A DNA stretch of 64,000 bases from Syntrophomonadaceae bacterium (GTDB lineage: Bacteria; Bacillota; Dethiobacteria; DTU022; UBA8154): assembly GCA_003563895.1 (NCBI GenBank), contig PWTK01000105.1, forward strand, positions 15,129-79,128, read 5' to 3'. A program made the translations under genes and the position numbers. Below, in pieces: positions 1-10,857 of the stretch; position 1 is the stretch's first letter; each line of letters begins with the position of its first letter. A model generated the notes under the pieces. It saw only the letters and a program-made list of their open reading frames with translations. It ran no database searches and was not told the DNA's origin.

Positions 1-882
1 GCGGTTATCGGCCCTGAACCAGGTTAACTGCCTTTTGGCATAGCGCCGGGTATCCCTTTTAAAAAGCTCTACCGCCTGCTCCCAACTCCATTCTCCCTCC
101 AGGTATTTGATCATATGCCTGTAACCGAGGGATTGCATGGATTTATGCCCACTTCCGTACCCCTTTTCCAGCAGCCCTTCCACTTCCTCCAGCAGCCCTC
201 GCCGGATCATCTCCTCCACCCGACGGTTTATCCGCTCGTACAGTTTGTCCCTCCGCATATACAGGCCGAACATGTGGAGATTGTATTCGCTCTCCGCCTT
301 GCCGGCGGTCATTTCCTCCTGTTCAGAGATAGGCTTGCCGGTCTGGTAGTAATATTCCAGTGCGCGGATGATGCGCTTTAAGTCGTTCGGGTGAACCCTG
401 GATGCGGTGAGGGGATCGATTTCTGCAAGGCGGCGGTAAAGATCTTCCCCCCCTTTTAACTCCGCTTCTTTCTGCAGCCTGCGGCGCAGGCCGGGGTGGG
501 CTTTCACTCCCGTAAGCGCGTAACGGTCTACGACGGCCTTGATGTAGAAACCCGTGCCGCCCGTTAATACAGGGAGTTTTCCCCTCCGATGGATGCTTTT
601 GATGCACCTGCGGGCATCTCTCTGATAATCGTAAACCGTATAATTCACATCCGGGTCAACGACATCCAACAAGTGGTGAGGGACCCTCTCCCTCTCTTCC
701 ACGGTCGGTTTGGCTGAGCCGATATCCAGGTTGCGATATACCTGGACAGAGTCGGCCGAGACGATCTCTCCGTTCAGCCGCCTGGCCAGCTTTATAGAAA
801 GCCCGGTTTTACCCACCGCTGTTGGGCCCACCACCACCAACAGCGGTATTTTCGCCGAATTGCAGCGACCCTCCTCAGCCAT
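1..882 (-). CDS. miaA: tRNA (adenosine(37)-N6)-dimethylallyltransferase, 3' end runs off the window
   Basis: Not in ORF track. Manual translation from ATG 882: MAEEGRCNSAKIPLLVVVGPTAVGKT...EIVSADSVQVYRNLDIGSAKPT; the same frame near base 1 reads RDTRRYAKRQLTWFR; follows mutL. Confidence 0.95.
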   Translation of the reverse strand, partial: MAEEGRCNSAKIPLLVVVGPTAVGKTGLSIKLARRLNGEIVSADSVQVYRNLDIGSAKPTVEERERVPHHLLDVVDPDVNYTVYDYQRDARRCIKSIHRRGKLPVLTGGTGFYIKAVVDRYALTGVKAHPGLRRRLQKEAELKGGEDLYRRLAEIDPLTASRVHPNDLKRIIRALEYYYQTGKPISEQEEMTAGKAESEYNLHMFGLYMRRDKLYERINRRVEEMIRRGLLEEVEGLLEKGYGSGHKSMQSLGYRHMIKYLEGEWSWEQAVELFKRDTRRYAKRQLTWFRADNR

Positions 883-888
883 TCATCA

Positions 889-2745
889 TCAGCCCTGCCT
901 CTTAAAATATTTTTCCATTTCCCCCCTGGCCATTTTAAACATGGTGGGGCGGCCGTGCGGGCAGTAGTACAGGTTGTGGCATTGTTCCAGGTCGTTTAAC
1001 AGGCGGTGCATTTCTTCATTCGTCAGAATTTGCCCTGCCTTGACGGAGGCCTTGCAGATGAGCTGCAGCACGGCTTCGCGTAAAAAATCTTCCGCAGTCA
1101 GCCGCCGGTCGGCCACCTGCTCAAATACATCGAGAAACATATGGGAAGAAAAGCTGCCCTTCAGGAAAAAGGGGACACTGCGGACAACAAACGTGTGCGT
1201 TCCAAATTGCTCCACCTCCAGTCCAATTTTCTCCAGCATTTCCAACCGGTCCTCCATGGCTTCGGAAACCTGGAGGGGAAGCTCCAGCGTCAGGGGGATG
1301 ATCTCCTGGCGAAAAGCGGGCGAAGGGTTTCTGTTCCCTTCGAGATATTTTTCCCACAGTATTCTTTCATGTGCGGCATGCTGGTCGACAAAGTAGATGT
1401 GCTCTTCTTCCTGGCAGATGATATAGGTGCCAAAAGCCTGTCCCAGTAGTTTTTGTGAAATGCGTCCCCCGCTTTCAAAAGCCGATATTTCATCGGACGG
1501 GGGAGCAGAAAGATTGCGGTGGGGCACACCTTCAGCGCTGCGCTTTTTTTTGTCTGCCCGTTCTGCCTCTGCAGCCTCCCCGGCAGCCTGAAAATCGGGC
1601 TCGAAAACCCTTGGGGGCAATTTCCGGATAAACTGCTGGCGGTAAGAGCTGCTTTCCTGCAGCTTTTCTGTCCCGGCGGAGGCGCCGCCGGGTTTTTGAT
1701 TCACATCATCCTTTACTTCGGGAGCGCTGCCGCTTTTCCACCCGGGAATACTGAATTGATTTTCAAAAAAATTGCTTAACGCATTTTCCAGGAAATCGCG
1801 TACTCCCGCTTCCCTGCGGAAGCGCACTTCGATCTTTGTCGGATGCACATTCACGTCCATTTCGGCGGGGTCGATCCCTAGAAATAGAAAAGCGGCTGGA
1901 TATCGCCTGGAGGTCACCACCCGCGCAAAGCTTTTGTCCAGCACCTCCCTGAACAGCCGGCTGCGAACGTATCTTCCATTTACATAATAAGCCTGATAAT
2001 TCCTGGACCTGAGCGTAAAAGAAGGGTCGGTGGCAAAGCCGAAAAGCGAAAGCCCTTCATTTTCATATTCCAGAAGCCCCAGGTGGCGGCAGAGATCTTT
2101 GCCGTATATTTGGAAGAGCACGTTGTAAAGACTGCCGTCCCCCGGGGTGTTCAAAAGGGGTCCTGACTCCCTCTCCAGTGAAAAGGAAACATCCGGCCTG
2201 GAGAGGGCCATTAATTGAAGCGTCCTTGAAACCCTTGCCGTTTCGGCCGCGGTGCCCTTTAAAAATTTCTGGCGGGCGGGTGTGTTATAGAAGAGGTCCT
2301 CTACGGTGACTTTCGTCCCCCGGTGGAAACCGACCTCTTTAAACTCTTTTTCCTGTCCCCCCTCCAGGGCGATTTGGATCCCCGTTTCTTCCTCTGTGTG
2401 TCGCGAAATCACCTTCATCTTTGAAACCGAAGCGATGCTCGGCAGTGCTTCACCCCGGAAGCCGAGGGTGCTTATCTGATCCAGGTCTTCAATGTGCCTG
2501 ATCTTGCTGGTGGCATGTCTTTCCAGGGAAAGGCGCATCTCTGACGGCTTAATGCCGCAGCCGTCATCGAGGACGGTGATCTCCCGGGCACCCCCCTTTT
2601 TCAGGGTGACTTTTATGCGCTTCGCTCCTGCATCCAGAGAGTTTTCGGCAAGTTCTTTCACCACCGACGCCGGGTTTTCGATTACCTCGCCGGCGGCAAT
2701 TTGGTTGGAGGTTTTCAGGTCAAGCATGATGATGGGCATTTGCAA
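889..2745 (-). CDS. mutL: DNA mismatch repair endonuclease MutL
   Basis: NQIAAGEVIENPASVVKELAENSLDAGA, GFRGEAL, DQHAAHERILWE, CPHGRP motifs. Confidence 0.97.
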   Translation of the reverse strand: MQMPIIMLDLKTSNQIAAGEVIENPASVVKELAENSLDAGAKRIKVTLKKGGAREITVLDDGCGIKPSEMRLSLERHATSKIRHIEDLDQISTLGFRGEALPSIASVSKMKVISRHTEEETGIQIALEGGQEKEFKEVGFHRGTKVTVEDLFYNTPARQKFLKGTAAETARVSRTLQLMALSRPDVSFSLERESGPLLNTPGDGSLYNVLFQIYGKDLCRHLGLLEYENEGLSLFGFATDPSFTLRSRNYQAYYVNGRYVRSRLFREVLDKSFARVVTSRRYPAAFLFLGIDPAEMDVNVHPTKIEVRFRREAGVRDFLENALSNFFENQFSIPGWKSGSAPEVKDDVNQKPGGASAGTEKLQESSSYRQQFIRKLPPRVFEPDFQAAGEAAEAERADKKKRSAEGVPHRNLSAPPSDEISAFESGGRISQKLLGQAFGTYIICQEEEHIYFVDQHAAHERILWEKYLEGNRNPSPAFRQEIIPLTLELPLQVSEAMEDRLEMLEKIGLEVEQFGTHTFVVRSVPFFLKGSFSSHMFLDVFEQVADRRLTAEDFLREAVLQLICKASVKAGQILTNEEMHRLLNDLEQCHNLYYCPHGRPTMFKMARGEMEKYFKRQG

Positions 2746-2771
2746 CGCTCCTTCCCTGCCGATAAGTCGTG

Positions 2772-5480
2772 CTATTGTGAAAAACGATCCCGGGAAGTAA
2801 GCTCCGCTTGCAGCTGAAAAAGCTTGTTAAGCGATTCCAGGGGAGTGATGTTAACGAGATTCAGGTTCTTGATCTCCTGCAGCACCTTTTTCTCTTTGGA
2901 AGAAAGCTCGCTTCCCGCCTTTTTCCCCGGGAATGCAAGGAAGGAAAGCTGCCCGCTGTATTCTTCCCTGAGTTTGCCGGGATCGGGAGATGAAAAGCCC
3001 TCTTCTCCCTCCCCCCCTTCCCGGCTTGAGGTGCCTCCGGCGGGGGAAGCCTGTTGCGTTTCCAGGGCTTGCAGCACTTCCTGTGCCCTCCGCATCACCC
3101 TTTCCGGCAGGCCGGCCAGGCGAGCAACATTGATCCCGTAACTCCTGTCGGCCTTTCCAGGAATCACTTTTCGCAGAAAAATGATCTCTTCTCCCTTTTC
3201 TTTGACCGCCATGGAATAATTGACAATTCCCCGGTGTATCTCTTCCATGGCGGTTAACTCGTGATAATGGGTAGAAAAGAGCACCAGCGCCCTGTTGTGG
3301 TGCAGCAGGTATTCCAGGATGGCCTGCGCCAGGCTCATACCGTCGTAGGTGCTGGTTCCCCGTCCTATTTCATCTAAAATTACCAGGCTCCGGGGAGTGG
3401 CATTTTGCAGGATGGTGGCCGTTTCTTCCATTTCCACCATAAACGTGCTCCGCCCGCCGCTCAGGTCGTCACTGGCCCCGACCCGGGCGAAGATGCGGTC
3501 AACCGGGAAAAATTCCATCGCTTCTGCGGGCACAAAACTCCCGGCCTGGGCCATGACCAAAAGCAGCGCAGCCCCCCGGCAGTACGTGCTTTTCCCGGCC
3601 ATATTGGGCCCTGTAATCAGCAGGACCCGTTCCTTTTCACTGTCAAGGGAGAGGGGATTGGGGATGAACAGCTCCCCCTGCAGCTGCTCCACCACCGGGT
3701 GGCGCCCCTCCCGTACGGCAATCCTGTCTCCATCCCCGGAAAAGGAAGGCTTGACATAATTGTTTGTAAAGGCAGCTTCTGCCAGGGATATCAGACAGTC
3801 CAGCGAGGCGACGATGCGCGACGCTTTTTGAAGTTCCGGCGTATATTGGGCCGTATCCAGGCGCAGCGCTTCGAAAAGCTCGAACTCCAGCTGTGCCAAC
3901 CTCTCTTCTGCATGTAAGATCTGAGATTCTTTTTCCTTCAGCCCTTCAGTGATAAACCGTTCTGCATTGACCAGGGTCTGCTTTCTAAGGTAGTCCTGGG
4001 GAACCAGGTGCAGGTTGGTTTTTGTAATTTCAATATAATATCCGAAAACCTTGTTGTAGCGGATTTTCAAAGATTTAATGCCGGTCCGTACCTTTTCATA
4101 TTTTTCCAGGCTGAGGATCCAATCCCTGCTGCTGCGTGCCAGCTGGCGCAGCTCATCCACTTCTTGGGAATATCCTTCTTTAAAAATACCGCCTTCTTTG
4201 ACGCTTGCAGGAGCTTCTTCACTGACGGCATCTTCTAATTTTTGTGAAAGGGTACTAAAATTGGGAAGCTGTGCCCCCAGCTCACGCAGCAAGGATGAGG
4301 CCGCTTCCTCCAGGTGGACTTCTATCAAGGGGAGGATGTACAGCGTGTTTTTTAAAGCCAGCAGATCGCGCGGGTACACGGCCCCCATGTTTACCCGGCT
4401 GCTCAACCGTTCCAGGTCGTAGGCGTTCTTTAAAAGCTCACCGATTTCAGCCCGCAGGATCTGGTTCTCTTTCAATTCTTCCAATGACTCCCAGCGACTT
4501 TCAATGGCGCATTTATCCATAAGCGGCCTCTCCAGCCATTTCCGCAGCATCCTTCCGCCCATGGCCGTTTTCGTCCTGTCCAGGATGCCCAGCAGCGAAC
4601 CTTTTTTTGCCCCTGTCCGCAGGGTTTCGGAAATCTCCAGGTTGTGAAGAGTTACCGCATCCAAAACCATGATTTCCTCTGTGGAGCCGTGATAACGAAA
4701 GCTCTGCAGGTGAGTAAGGGGCGTTCTCTGCATTTGCCTGATGTAGGCCAGGGCCATGGCGGTGGAAAACACAGCCGCAGCGCTCGAGGCCAGACCGGAT
4801 TCCTGCAACTCGGAGCGGCTAAAATGTTCCCCCAAAAGGGAAAAAGCCGTCTCCTCATCGAGGTCATTTTCCCAGGTGTGGATCGAAGAAAAACGTTCCT
4901 GTATTTGAAGCATTTTATTGATCTGTTGGTTTTTGCTTAAGCCCCGATCCAGAATGATCTCGGCCGGGCGGAGCCGAAAAAGCTCGTCGAATACTTTTTC
5001 CACCGCGTTGGACCCTTCAAAACCGTAAACTTCCACCTCCCCCGTTGACACATCCACCAGCGACAGGCCGAAGTTTTCACCTTCAATGCGCAAAGAGGCG
5101 AGGTAGTTGTTTGCGTCTTCCAGGAGCAGGTTGTCCTCGTACTTTGTTCCGGGGGTTATGATGCGGGTTATTTCCCGTTTTACCAGGCCCCTGGCCTGGC
5201 CGGGATCTTCCACCTGGTCACAGATGGCCACCTTGTACCCTTTCTCCAGCAGTCGCCCCACGTAATTCTGCAGGGAGTGAAAGGGCACCCCGGCCAGGGG
5301 AATGGCATCCTCCTTGTTGCCATCCCTGGAAGTGAGCGCGATTTCCAGTTCCCTGGCTGCAGTGACAGCGTCCTCAAAAAATAATTCGTAGAAGTCTCCC
5401 ACCCTAAAAAAAAGAATGGCATCAGGATAGTTTTCTTTGACCTGTTTGAACTGTTTCATCATCGGAGTTAAATGCTCCAA
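2772..5480 (-). CDS. mutS: DNA mismatch repair protein MutS
   Basis: TPMMKQF...FFRVGDFYELF, GPNMAGKST, DEIGRGTST; start placed at TTG 5480 behind an AGGGGTG RBS (ORF track extends to 5537). Confidence 0.97.
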   Translation of the reverse strand: MEHLTPMMKQFKQVKENYPDAILFFRVGDFYELFFEDAVTAARELEIALTSRDGNKEDAIPLAGVPFHSLQNYVGRLLEKGYKVAICDQVEDPGQARGLVKREITRIITPGTKYEDNLLLEDANNYLASLRIEGENFGLSLVDVSTGEVEVYGFEGSNAVEKVFDELFRLRPAEIILDRGLSKNQQINKMLQIQERFSSIHTWENDLDEETAFSLLGEHFSRSELQESGLASSAAAVFSTAMALAYIRQMQRTPLTHLQSFRYHGSTEEIMVLDAVTLHNLEISETLRTGAKKGSLLGILDRTKTAMGGRMLRKWLERPLMDKCAIESRWESLEELKENQILRAEIGELLKNAYDLERLSSRVNMGAVYPRDLLALKNTLYILPLIEVHLEEAASSLLRELGAQLPNFSTLSQKLEDAVSEEAPASVKEGGIFKEGYSQEVDELRQLARSSRDWILSLEKYEKVRTGIKSLKIRYNKVFGYYIEITKTNLHLVPQDYLRKQTLVNAERFITEGLKEKESQILHAEERLAQLEFELFEALRLDTAQYTPELQKASRIVASLDCLISLAEAAFTNNYVKPSFSGDGDRIAVREGRHPVVEQLQGELFIPNPLSLDSEKERVLLITGPNMAGKSTYCRGAALLLVMAQAGSFVPAEAMEFFPVDRIFARVGASDDLSGGRSTFMVEMEETATILQNATPRSLVILDEIGRGTSTYDGMSLAQAILEYLLHHNRALVLFSTHYHELTAMEEIHRGIVNYSMAVKEKGEEIIFLRKVIPGKADRSYGINVARLAGLPERVMRRAQEVLQALETQQASPAGGTSSREGGEGEEGFSSPDPGKLREEYSGQLSFLAFPGKKAGSELSSKEKKVLQEIKNLNLVNITPLESLNKLFQLQAELTSRDRFSQ

Positions 5481-5666
5481 GTCAACCACCCCTGGCATGC
5501 CGGATTCGCGCAAAGACGAATACGATTTTTGTATCATGCAACATTATAACACAGTTGGAACCAACAAAAAAGAAACCCCTCTTCAGAACAGAAGCGGGGT
5601 TTCCTGATGGTTTGCCTATGTAGAAATGCGCGCCGGCTTTTTAAAATAATTCCCTCTATATCCTGC

Positions 5667-6116
5667 TCAGACGTTTTCCTCAATCTTTTCCTGGCATTCC
5701 GGGCAGAAACCGTAAAAGAAAATTTGGGTAGCGTTCACTGTAAAACCAGTTTCCTCCCGTACCTTTTTGAACAAATTATTGTCCTGGATTTTTTCAATTG
5801 GGATGCTTTCCACGTCGTCCACCCTGCTGCAGCTTTCACAGTACGCGTGGGAATGAGGTTCAACGAAGGCGTCATAGCGGAGCCCACCTTCTCCTACATT
5901 GAGTTCCTGGATAAGCCCCACTTTTTTGAGCACATCCACGGTTTTGTAAACCGTGGCGAGGCTCATCGCCGGGTAATTCGGCTTTAGTTTTTTATATATC
6001 ATTTCCACATTTGGGTGCGATCGAGTATCCCGCAAGACCGAATAGACAGCCATCCTCTGGGGTGTCACCTTGATTTTTTTCGTTCTCAATACTTCCTCTG
6101 TATTCTGCATCTGCAT
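5667..6116 (-). CDS. Fur-family transcriptional regulator (PerR-like)
   Basis: KVTPQR, HP..E.IY, SLATVYKT, HSHAYCESC and GFCPEC motifs. Confidence 0.9.
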   Translation of the reverse strand: MQMQNTEEVLRTKKIKVTPQRMAVYSVLRDTRSHPNVEMIYKKLKPNYPAMSLATVYKTVDVLKKVGLIQELNVGEGGLRYDAFVEPHSHAYCESCSRVDDVESIPIEKIQDNNLFKKVREETGFTVNATQIFFYGFCPECQEKIEENV

Positions 6117-6249
6117 CCCCCTATATCCAAATGACTTTTAAACAATAAAAAAAATCAATATCAGATAAAATATATATCATTTTACTGGAGAAGTCAAGCC
6201 ATTTTTTTGCCCGGGTGGCCATTTGTGTCCCCCTCCCGGTGTGCCTGTC

Positions 6250-7593
6250 CTACCGGTGCAACTTTTCTTCAATTCCGAGCAGCTGGCCGGTAAGCGTCCA
6301 CGGCCCGGCTTTCGTTATGGTGATTTTAACCAGTTTGCCCGTCAGCTCTTCGTTGGAACAAAAGTGGACGATCTTGTTGGTCCGCGTCCGGCCCGTATAC
6401 ATCTCCGGATCGGTTTTGCTCCTTCCCTCCACCAATACTTCCCGGGTAGAACCGACCAGCTTCTCGTTTTTTTCCAGGCTTATCCGGTTTTGGAGATTGT
6501 TCAGCGCCACGATCCTCTCTTTCTTGACCTCGGGCGCCAGCTGGTCTTCCATGCAGGCCGCCCGGGTTCCCTTTCTGGGGGAGTAAACGAAGGTAAAGGC
6601 CGCATCAAAGCGGATTCTGCGCACCATATCCATTGTTTGTGCAAAGTCCGCCTCGGCCTCGCCGGGGAAGCCCGCGATGATATCCGTCGTAATGGAAGCT
6701 CCCGGGATGAGCTCCCTTATTTTGGCGATTAGCTGCAGGTAATCTTCCCGGGTATAACCTCGATTCATCCTCTGCAATACGTTATTGCTTCCCGCCTGCA
6801 GGGGGAGATGAAAATGTTCGCAAATTTTTTCCCCTCGACGGATGACCCTGATCACTTCTTCCGAAAAGTCCCGGGGATGCGAGGTCATGAAGCGGATCCT
6901 CAGCAGCCCTTCCACCCCGTCCGCCAGTTCCAGGAGGCGGGCAAAGTTCATGTCTTTTTCCAGGTCTTTGCCGTATGAGTTGACGTTCTGCCCCAGCAGG
7001 GTTACTTCCCGGTAGCCTTCTCTGACCAGTTCACGTATCTCTTGCATGATATTTTCCGGCCTGCGGCTTTTTTCAGCTCCGCGCACGTAGGGAACAATGC
7101 AGTAAGAACAGTAATTGTCACAGCCGTGGCTGATGGGCACCCAGGCATGAATGCCTTGCTTCCTCTTCACGGGGAGGTTTTCCCGGTCACCCAATTCAGA
7201 CAGTTCGATAACGGGCCTGGTAGAGCAGCGCGCTTTTTCCAGGAGTTCCGGGAAACGTCCCAGGGCATGCGGCCCGCAAATGAGGTCAATAAAGCTGTAT
7301 CGCTGGCGCACCTTTCGGGCCACGCTTTCCTGCTGGACCATGCAGCCCCATAAAACCATGAGCATGTTGGGGTTTTGTTGTTTCAAAGAATGAAGTTTGC
7401 CCAGGTAACTGAAAACCTTTTCTTCCGCTTTTTGGCGGACGGCGCAGGTATTGATCACCAGCACCTCGGCTTCTTCTATACGGCCAGCAGGGACATAGCC
7501 GAGATTTTCCAGGTGGCCGGAAAGGACTTCGGTGTCGTATTCATTCATCTGGCAGCCGTAGTTCACGGTAAAGTATTTTCGTTTTTGTTCCAT
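6250..7593 (-). CDS. miaB: tRNA-2-methylthio-N6-dimethylallyladenosine synthase MiaB
   Basis: YGCQMNEYD, NTCAVRQKAE, CDNYCSYC radical SAM motif, C-terminal TRAM domain. Confidence 0.95.
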   Translation of the reverse strand: MEQKRKYFTVNYGCQMNEYDTEVLSGHLENLGYVPAGRIEEAEVLVINTCAVRQKAEEKVFSYLGKLHSLKQQNPNMLMVLWGCMVQQESVARKVRQRYSFIDLICGPHALGRFPELLEKARCSTRPVIELSELGDRENLPVKRKQGIHAWVPISHGCDNYCSYCIVPYVRGAEKSRRPENIMQEIRELVREGYREVTLLGQNVNSYGKDLEKDMNFARLLELADGVEGLLRIRFMTSHPRDFSEEVIRVIRRGEKICEHFHLPLQAGSNNVLQRMNRGYTREDYLQLIAKIRELIPGASITTDIIAGFPGEAEADFAQTMDMVRRIRFDAAFTFVYSPRKGTRAACMEDQLAPEVKKERIVALNNLQNRISLEKNEKLVGSTREVLVEGRSKTDPEMYTGRTRTNKIVHFCSNEELTGKLVKITITKAGPWTLTGQLLGIEEKLHR

Positions 7594-7790
7594 AGCCCCT
7601 TAACCCTTTCTTTCTGCAAAAAATAAAACAATGCTGCGCTGTAATGGCATGCGAGAAGCCGCTGCGAGCGAAAAACTGCCTTGAAGCGTGCACGGCTTAT
7701 GAATCATTCTCGCTGTTCCTCCCCCATTATACAAAACATCCGGCGGGCGTTCAACTCTGACTCCGTTTGCTTCTAAACAGGGAAAAATGG

Positions 7791-8954
7791 TTACCTCTGC
7801 CTGGGCCGGCGAGGCCTGAGGATAACTGCCCCCTGCGGGCATATTTCCTGGCAGCAGTAGCATCTCAGGCACTCTTTATAATCAATAAAAGGCTTTGAGT
7901 TTTCAAACCCTTTGTTCCAGTCATAGATGGCGCCTGTCGGGCAGTGTTCTCTACAGATACCGCACCGGTTGCAGCTGTCTTCAATGCAGGGCCAGGGCCG
8001 AAACCTCTCCTTGAGGTTGCGGCTCCAGGCGGGAAATATCCGCCATAAAAACGACCAGCCCCGCCCCGAAGCACCCTTGTCGAATCCTTTATCCCGCAGC
8101 TCACCCGGTAGGGGGCCGCGAATAATAATATTTTCCAGGCTGCTGCCGGCAAGGCCTCGCTTTTGGGCAGCCATGAGAGTGGATACCTCGGGGAGAGAAA
8201 AGCCGGCAAGCGCTGCGCAGACTGCATCGAGGGCCACAGCATCCTCAGAAGCAGCGATCACTCCAAGGGGCCTGGGCCTGCCGCTGCGCGGTCCTGGCCC
8301 CTCCATCGCTACCACAGCGTCAACGATCGACAGTACCGGTTTGGACAGCAAATAGAGGTCGATCAGCATCTCTGCAAAGTCGTAAACAGAAGGGTAGCGG
8401 GCGTGGAGTTTTTTCTTCTCCGCACCCACGATCAACCCCATGCAGTTTTTTACCGCACCGGTCAGGCCTGTAAGGGGATGGGTCTTCAACTTGGCTGCAT
8501 TAATCACCAGGTCCATCTCCAGCGCTTCCCGGCTCAAAAAAAATGTCCGGCATACGCTGGCCGAATCGTACTCTACCTCGATCCCTTCTTCAAAAGGCAG
8601 CAATACAGCGCCGGTTTTGTCTGCGACGTCCCGTATGCCGCAGGACTGGGCCACACTTTCTGTGCTCCCCCGGCCGGGACTGTCGCCAACGTAAACCCTG
8701 GCTCCCGCTTCCTGCAAAATCTCGATCAGCACCCGGACGAAAGCAGAATGAGTGGTAACCGCCCCTCCAGCCCTGGAATGGGCAAGCATGTTAGGCTTGA
8801 CGAGCACCCTTTCCCCACGACAAAGAAATTGTTCTAAACCCCCGCAACCTCGCACCACTTCTTCCAGGCTGTGTCTGAGCCGGCTCTCGTTATAAGTCGG
8901 ACACGATGAAATGCTCACTACCGGCTGCGACAATATTAACCTCTCCTCCTTCAT
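7791..8954 (-). CDS. DUF362-domain protein with C-terminal 2x[4Fe-4S] ferredoxin
   Basis: VLVKPN, KLKTH, GAVKN, MEGPGP; CNRCGICREHCP and CLRCYCCQEICP. Confidence 0.85.
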   Translation of the reverse strand: MKEERLILSQPVVSISSCPTYNESRLRHSLEEVVRGCGGLEQFLCRGERVLVKPNMLAHSRAGGAVTTHSAFVRVLIEILQEAGARVYVGDSPGRGSTESVAQSCGIRDVADKTGAVLLPFEEGIEVEYDSASVCRTFFLSREALEMDLVINAAKLKTHPLTGLTGAVKNCMGLIVGAEKKKLHARYPSVYDFAEMLIDLYLLSKPVLSIVDAVVAMEGPGPRSGRPRPLGVIAASEDAVALDAVCAALAGFSLPEVSTLMAAQKRGLAGSSLENIIIRGPLPGELRDKGFDKGASGRGWSFLWRIFPAWSRNLKERFRPWPCIEDSCNRCGICREHCPTGAIYDWNKGFENSKPFIDYKECLRCYCCQEICPQGAVILRPRRPRQR

Positions 8955-9043
8955 ACCGGTGAAAGACTAAAGCTCTTTACTCTCCCGCAAAAAGGTTGCT
9001 CCGTTTCAAAGGCCTGGAGGCTTGGGGACATACCCTTGCGGCA

Positions 9044-9295
9044 CTATTCCATATCCCTTTCGTCAATGGCTTTAATTTCAAACTGGCCGTTGAAGTAACA
9101 GTAATACTCCTTTTTGCTGATATTCTCTGCTGGCTCGAAGACAAAAAGGAACAGGTCTCTGTTGACCTGGGCGCAGCGGTGGGGTTTGATGTTTCTGCCC
9201 AATTCACCCAGCGGCAGCGCTGCAGCCAGGTCTTCAAGGGCATACGCCTTCTGCCCTATCAAAACACTGTCATGCCAGGAACCGCATTCCCACAT
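9044..9295 (-). CDS. Small hypothetical protein (83 aa)
   Basis: ATG 9295 preceded by GGAGAGGGGGTG RBS; fills the gap in a co-directional gene run. Confidence 0.55.
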   Translation of the reverse strand: MWECGSWHDSVLIGQKAYALEDLAAALPLGELGRNIKPHRCAQVNRDLFLFVFEPAENISKKEYYCYFNGQFEIKAIDERDME

Positions 9296-9330
9296 ACGAG
9301 CACCCCCTCTCCATTTTACCTTTTCAGGGA

Positions 9331-9717
9331 TTATGTATCTATTCTCATCATATGAGCTTCGGCTTCCACCACCGTTTCTCCATCGGGCATTCTGGTCCAG
9401 GCCTTGATCACAAACAGGTTTCCTTTCTGTTTTTCCGTATAGCACCCGAACCTGATATTTTTTTCGATGGGAACCGGCTTTTTAAAACGCGCGTTCATCC
9501 TGCCCGTAACCGCCCTGTACCCCCTGTTCATGAGGTGGTGCCCGATCAGCTCATCCATGATGGTGATGATCAGCCCACCGTGGAAAACGCCGTCGTAGCT
9601 CTGGTGCACCTCTGTGGGGTTAAACTCGGTAAGGGTGGTCTCCCCTTCATTCCGACATTCGAGCTGCAAGCCTTGCGGGTTATGCGGGCTGCAGCCAAAG
9701 CACATATCATCTCCCAT
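9331..9717 (-). CDS. PaaI-family (hotdog fold) thioesterase
   Basis: CFGCSPHNPQGL, HGG..TIMDE motifs. Confidence 0.88.
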   Translation of the reverse strand: MGDDMCFGCSPHNPQGLQLECRNEGETTLTEFNPTEVHQSYDGVFHGGLIITIMDELIGHHLMNRGYRAVTGRMNARFKKPVPIEKNIRFGCYTEKQKGNLFVIKAWTRMPDGETVVEAEAHMMRIDT

Positions 9718-9740
9718 CCGGATGCTGCACCTCCCAATAT

Positions 9741-9971
9741 TTAAGCATTTTTTTCAATCTCTTTCACTATCTCCTTCGCTTTGTCCAGCCAGGAATATGG
9801 AACGAGCACTTTGATTTCTGCCAGGGGGCCTACGGTCAGGCTGTAAATCTGGCCAATGGCTTCGCTCTGCAGCACAACCGGGATCCCTTCTTCTTTTAAG
9901 CGGCCTTCCAGTATGGAAGCTTTAATGGGGTCTGTTTCGATGATTAAACACCGCCATTTATCTTCTGACAC
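9741..9971 (-). CDS. DUF2007-like putative signal-transducing protein
   Basis: A.ILEGRLKEEGIPV...EIKVLVP pattern; GTG 9971 behind a GGAGG RBS. Confidence 0.7.
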   Translation of the reverse strand: MSEDKWRCLIIETDPIKASILEGRLKEEGIPVVLQSEAIGQIYSLTVGPLAEIKVLVPYSWLDKAKEIVKEIEKNA

Positions 9972-10089
9972 CCTGTCCTCCCCCTCCTGCCCTGAAAATA
10001 AAACAAATACGTACAAAAGCTCGCTGGTTAACAGTAATCTGTTTTCATCCTTCTGATGGTGCCGCCATGCTGCATGATTGTCACATTTC

Positions 10090-10842
10090 TCATTTCTCGA
10101 TCATGTATTCTTTCCCTTCGACAGCCAGCTCTGCCCCGGGGAAGGACGCCCGGGCCTCCCCCAGGAGCCGCGCCTCGTCTTTAGCCGGGTGGAGGTGGGT
10201 TAATAGGAGCCTGCCCGCCCCTGCGCGCTTTGCGGCAAGAGCCGCTTGTTTTGCGCTCATATGGTTGCCGGCACCCCGCTTAATATCTTCCTCCAGATAA
10301 CTGGCCTCGCAGAGAAAAAGAGGGCTGTCGGCGGCCAGCTCTTCCAGCATACCGCAGTATTCCGTATCCCCCGAAAAAGCCAGCAGTTTGCGCCCCTCGA
10401 TCTCAACCGATATGCCAAAACAGCTGACCGAATGCTGTGCCCGGTGGAAAGCAAGTCGGAAAGGTCCAATTTGCGCAGGATCACGCGGCTGCATGCTCCG
10501 GGTTTGGTAAACCCCTTTATAGGGGAGCCTTTCAAATTCCATGGCGGGTTGAGAAGGGGCATAAAGAGGCAGCGGGTCTTTTCTGAGCCCCTGTTCCATG
10601 GAAAAGAGCAGGTTGTAACGGAGAATGAATATATCGGAAACGTGATCGCTGTGCAGGTGTGACAGCACCGCCGCCTGTAGTCGGCTGGGATCCAGGTGGT
10701 GCTGCAGCCTGCTCAGGATCCCATTTCCGCATTCCAGCAGTACATAATGCCCTTCATGTTCCAGAAGATAGCCGGAACAGCCCCCTCCCGCGGATGGATA
10801 TGGCCCGTACCTTCCCAGTACAATTAGTCTCAACATTTCCAC
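10090..10842 (-). CDS. MBL-fold metallo-hydrolase (RNase Z/YhfI-like)
   Basis: SHLHSDH, SGDT, HMSA, LLLTHL motifs. Confidence 0.9.
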   Translation of the reverse strand: MEMLRLIVLGRYGPYPSAGGGCSGYLLEHEGHYVLLECGNGILSRLQHHLDPSRLQAAVLSHLHSDHVSDIFILRYNLLFSMEQGLRKDPLPLYAPSQPAMEFERLPYKGVYQTRSMQPRDPAQIGPFRLAFHRAQHSVSCFGISVEIEGRKLLAFSGDTEYCGMLEELAADSPLFLCEASYLEEDIKRGAGNHMSAKQAALAAKRAGAGRLLLTHLHPAKDEARLLGEARASFPGAELAVEGKEYMIEK

Positions 10843-10857
10843 CTCACTGTCGGGATG

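Noticed and set aside
8952..9046. TAG read-through (pyrrolysine) of the small ORF ending at 9044, since the frame stays open to the next gene
   Set aside because: A 30-codon open stretch is expected by chance; no pyl genes or methyltransferase context
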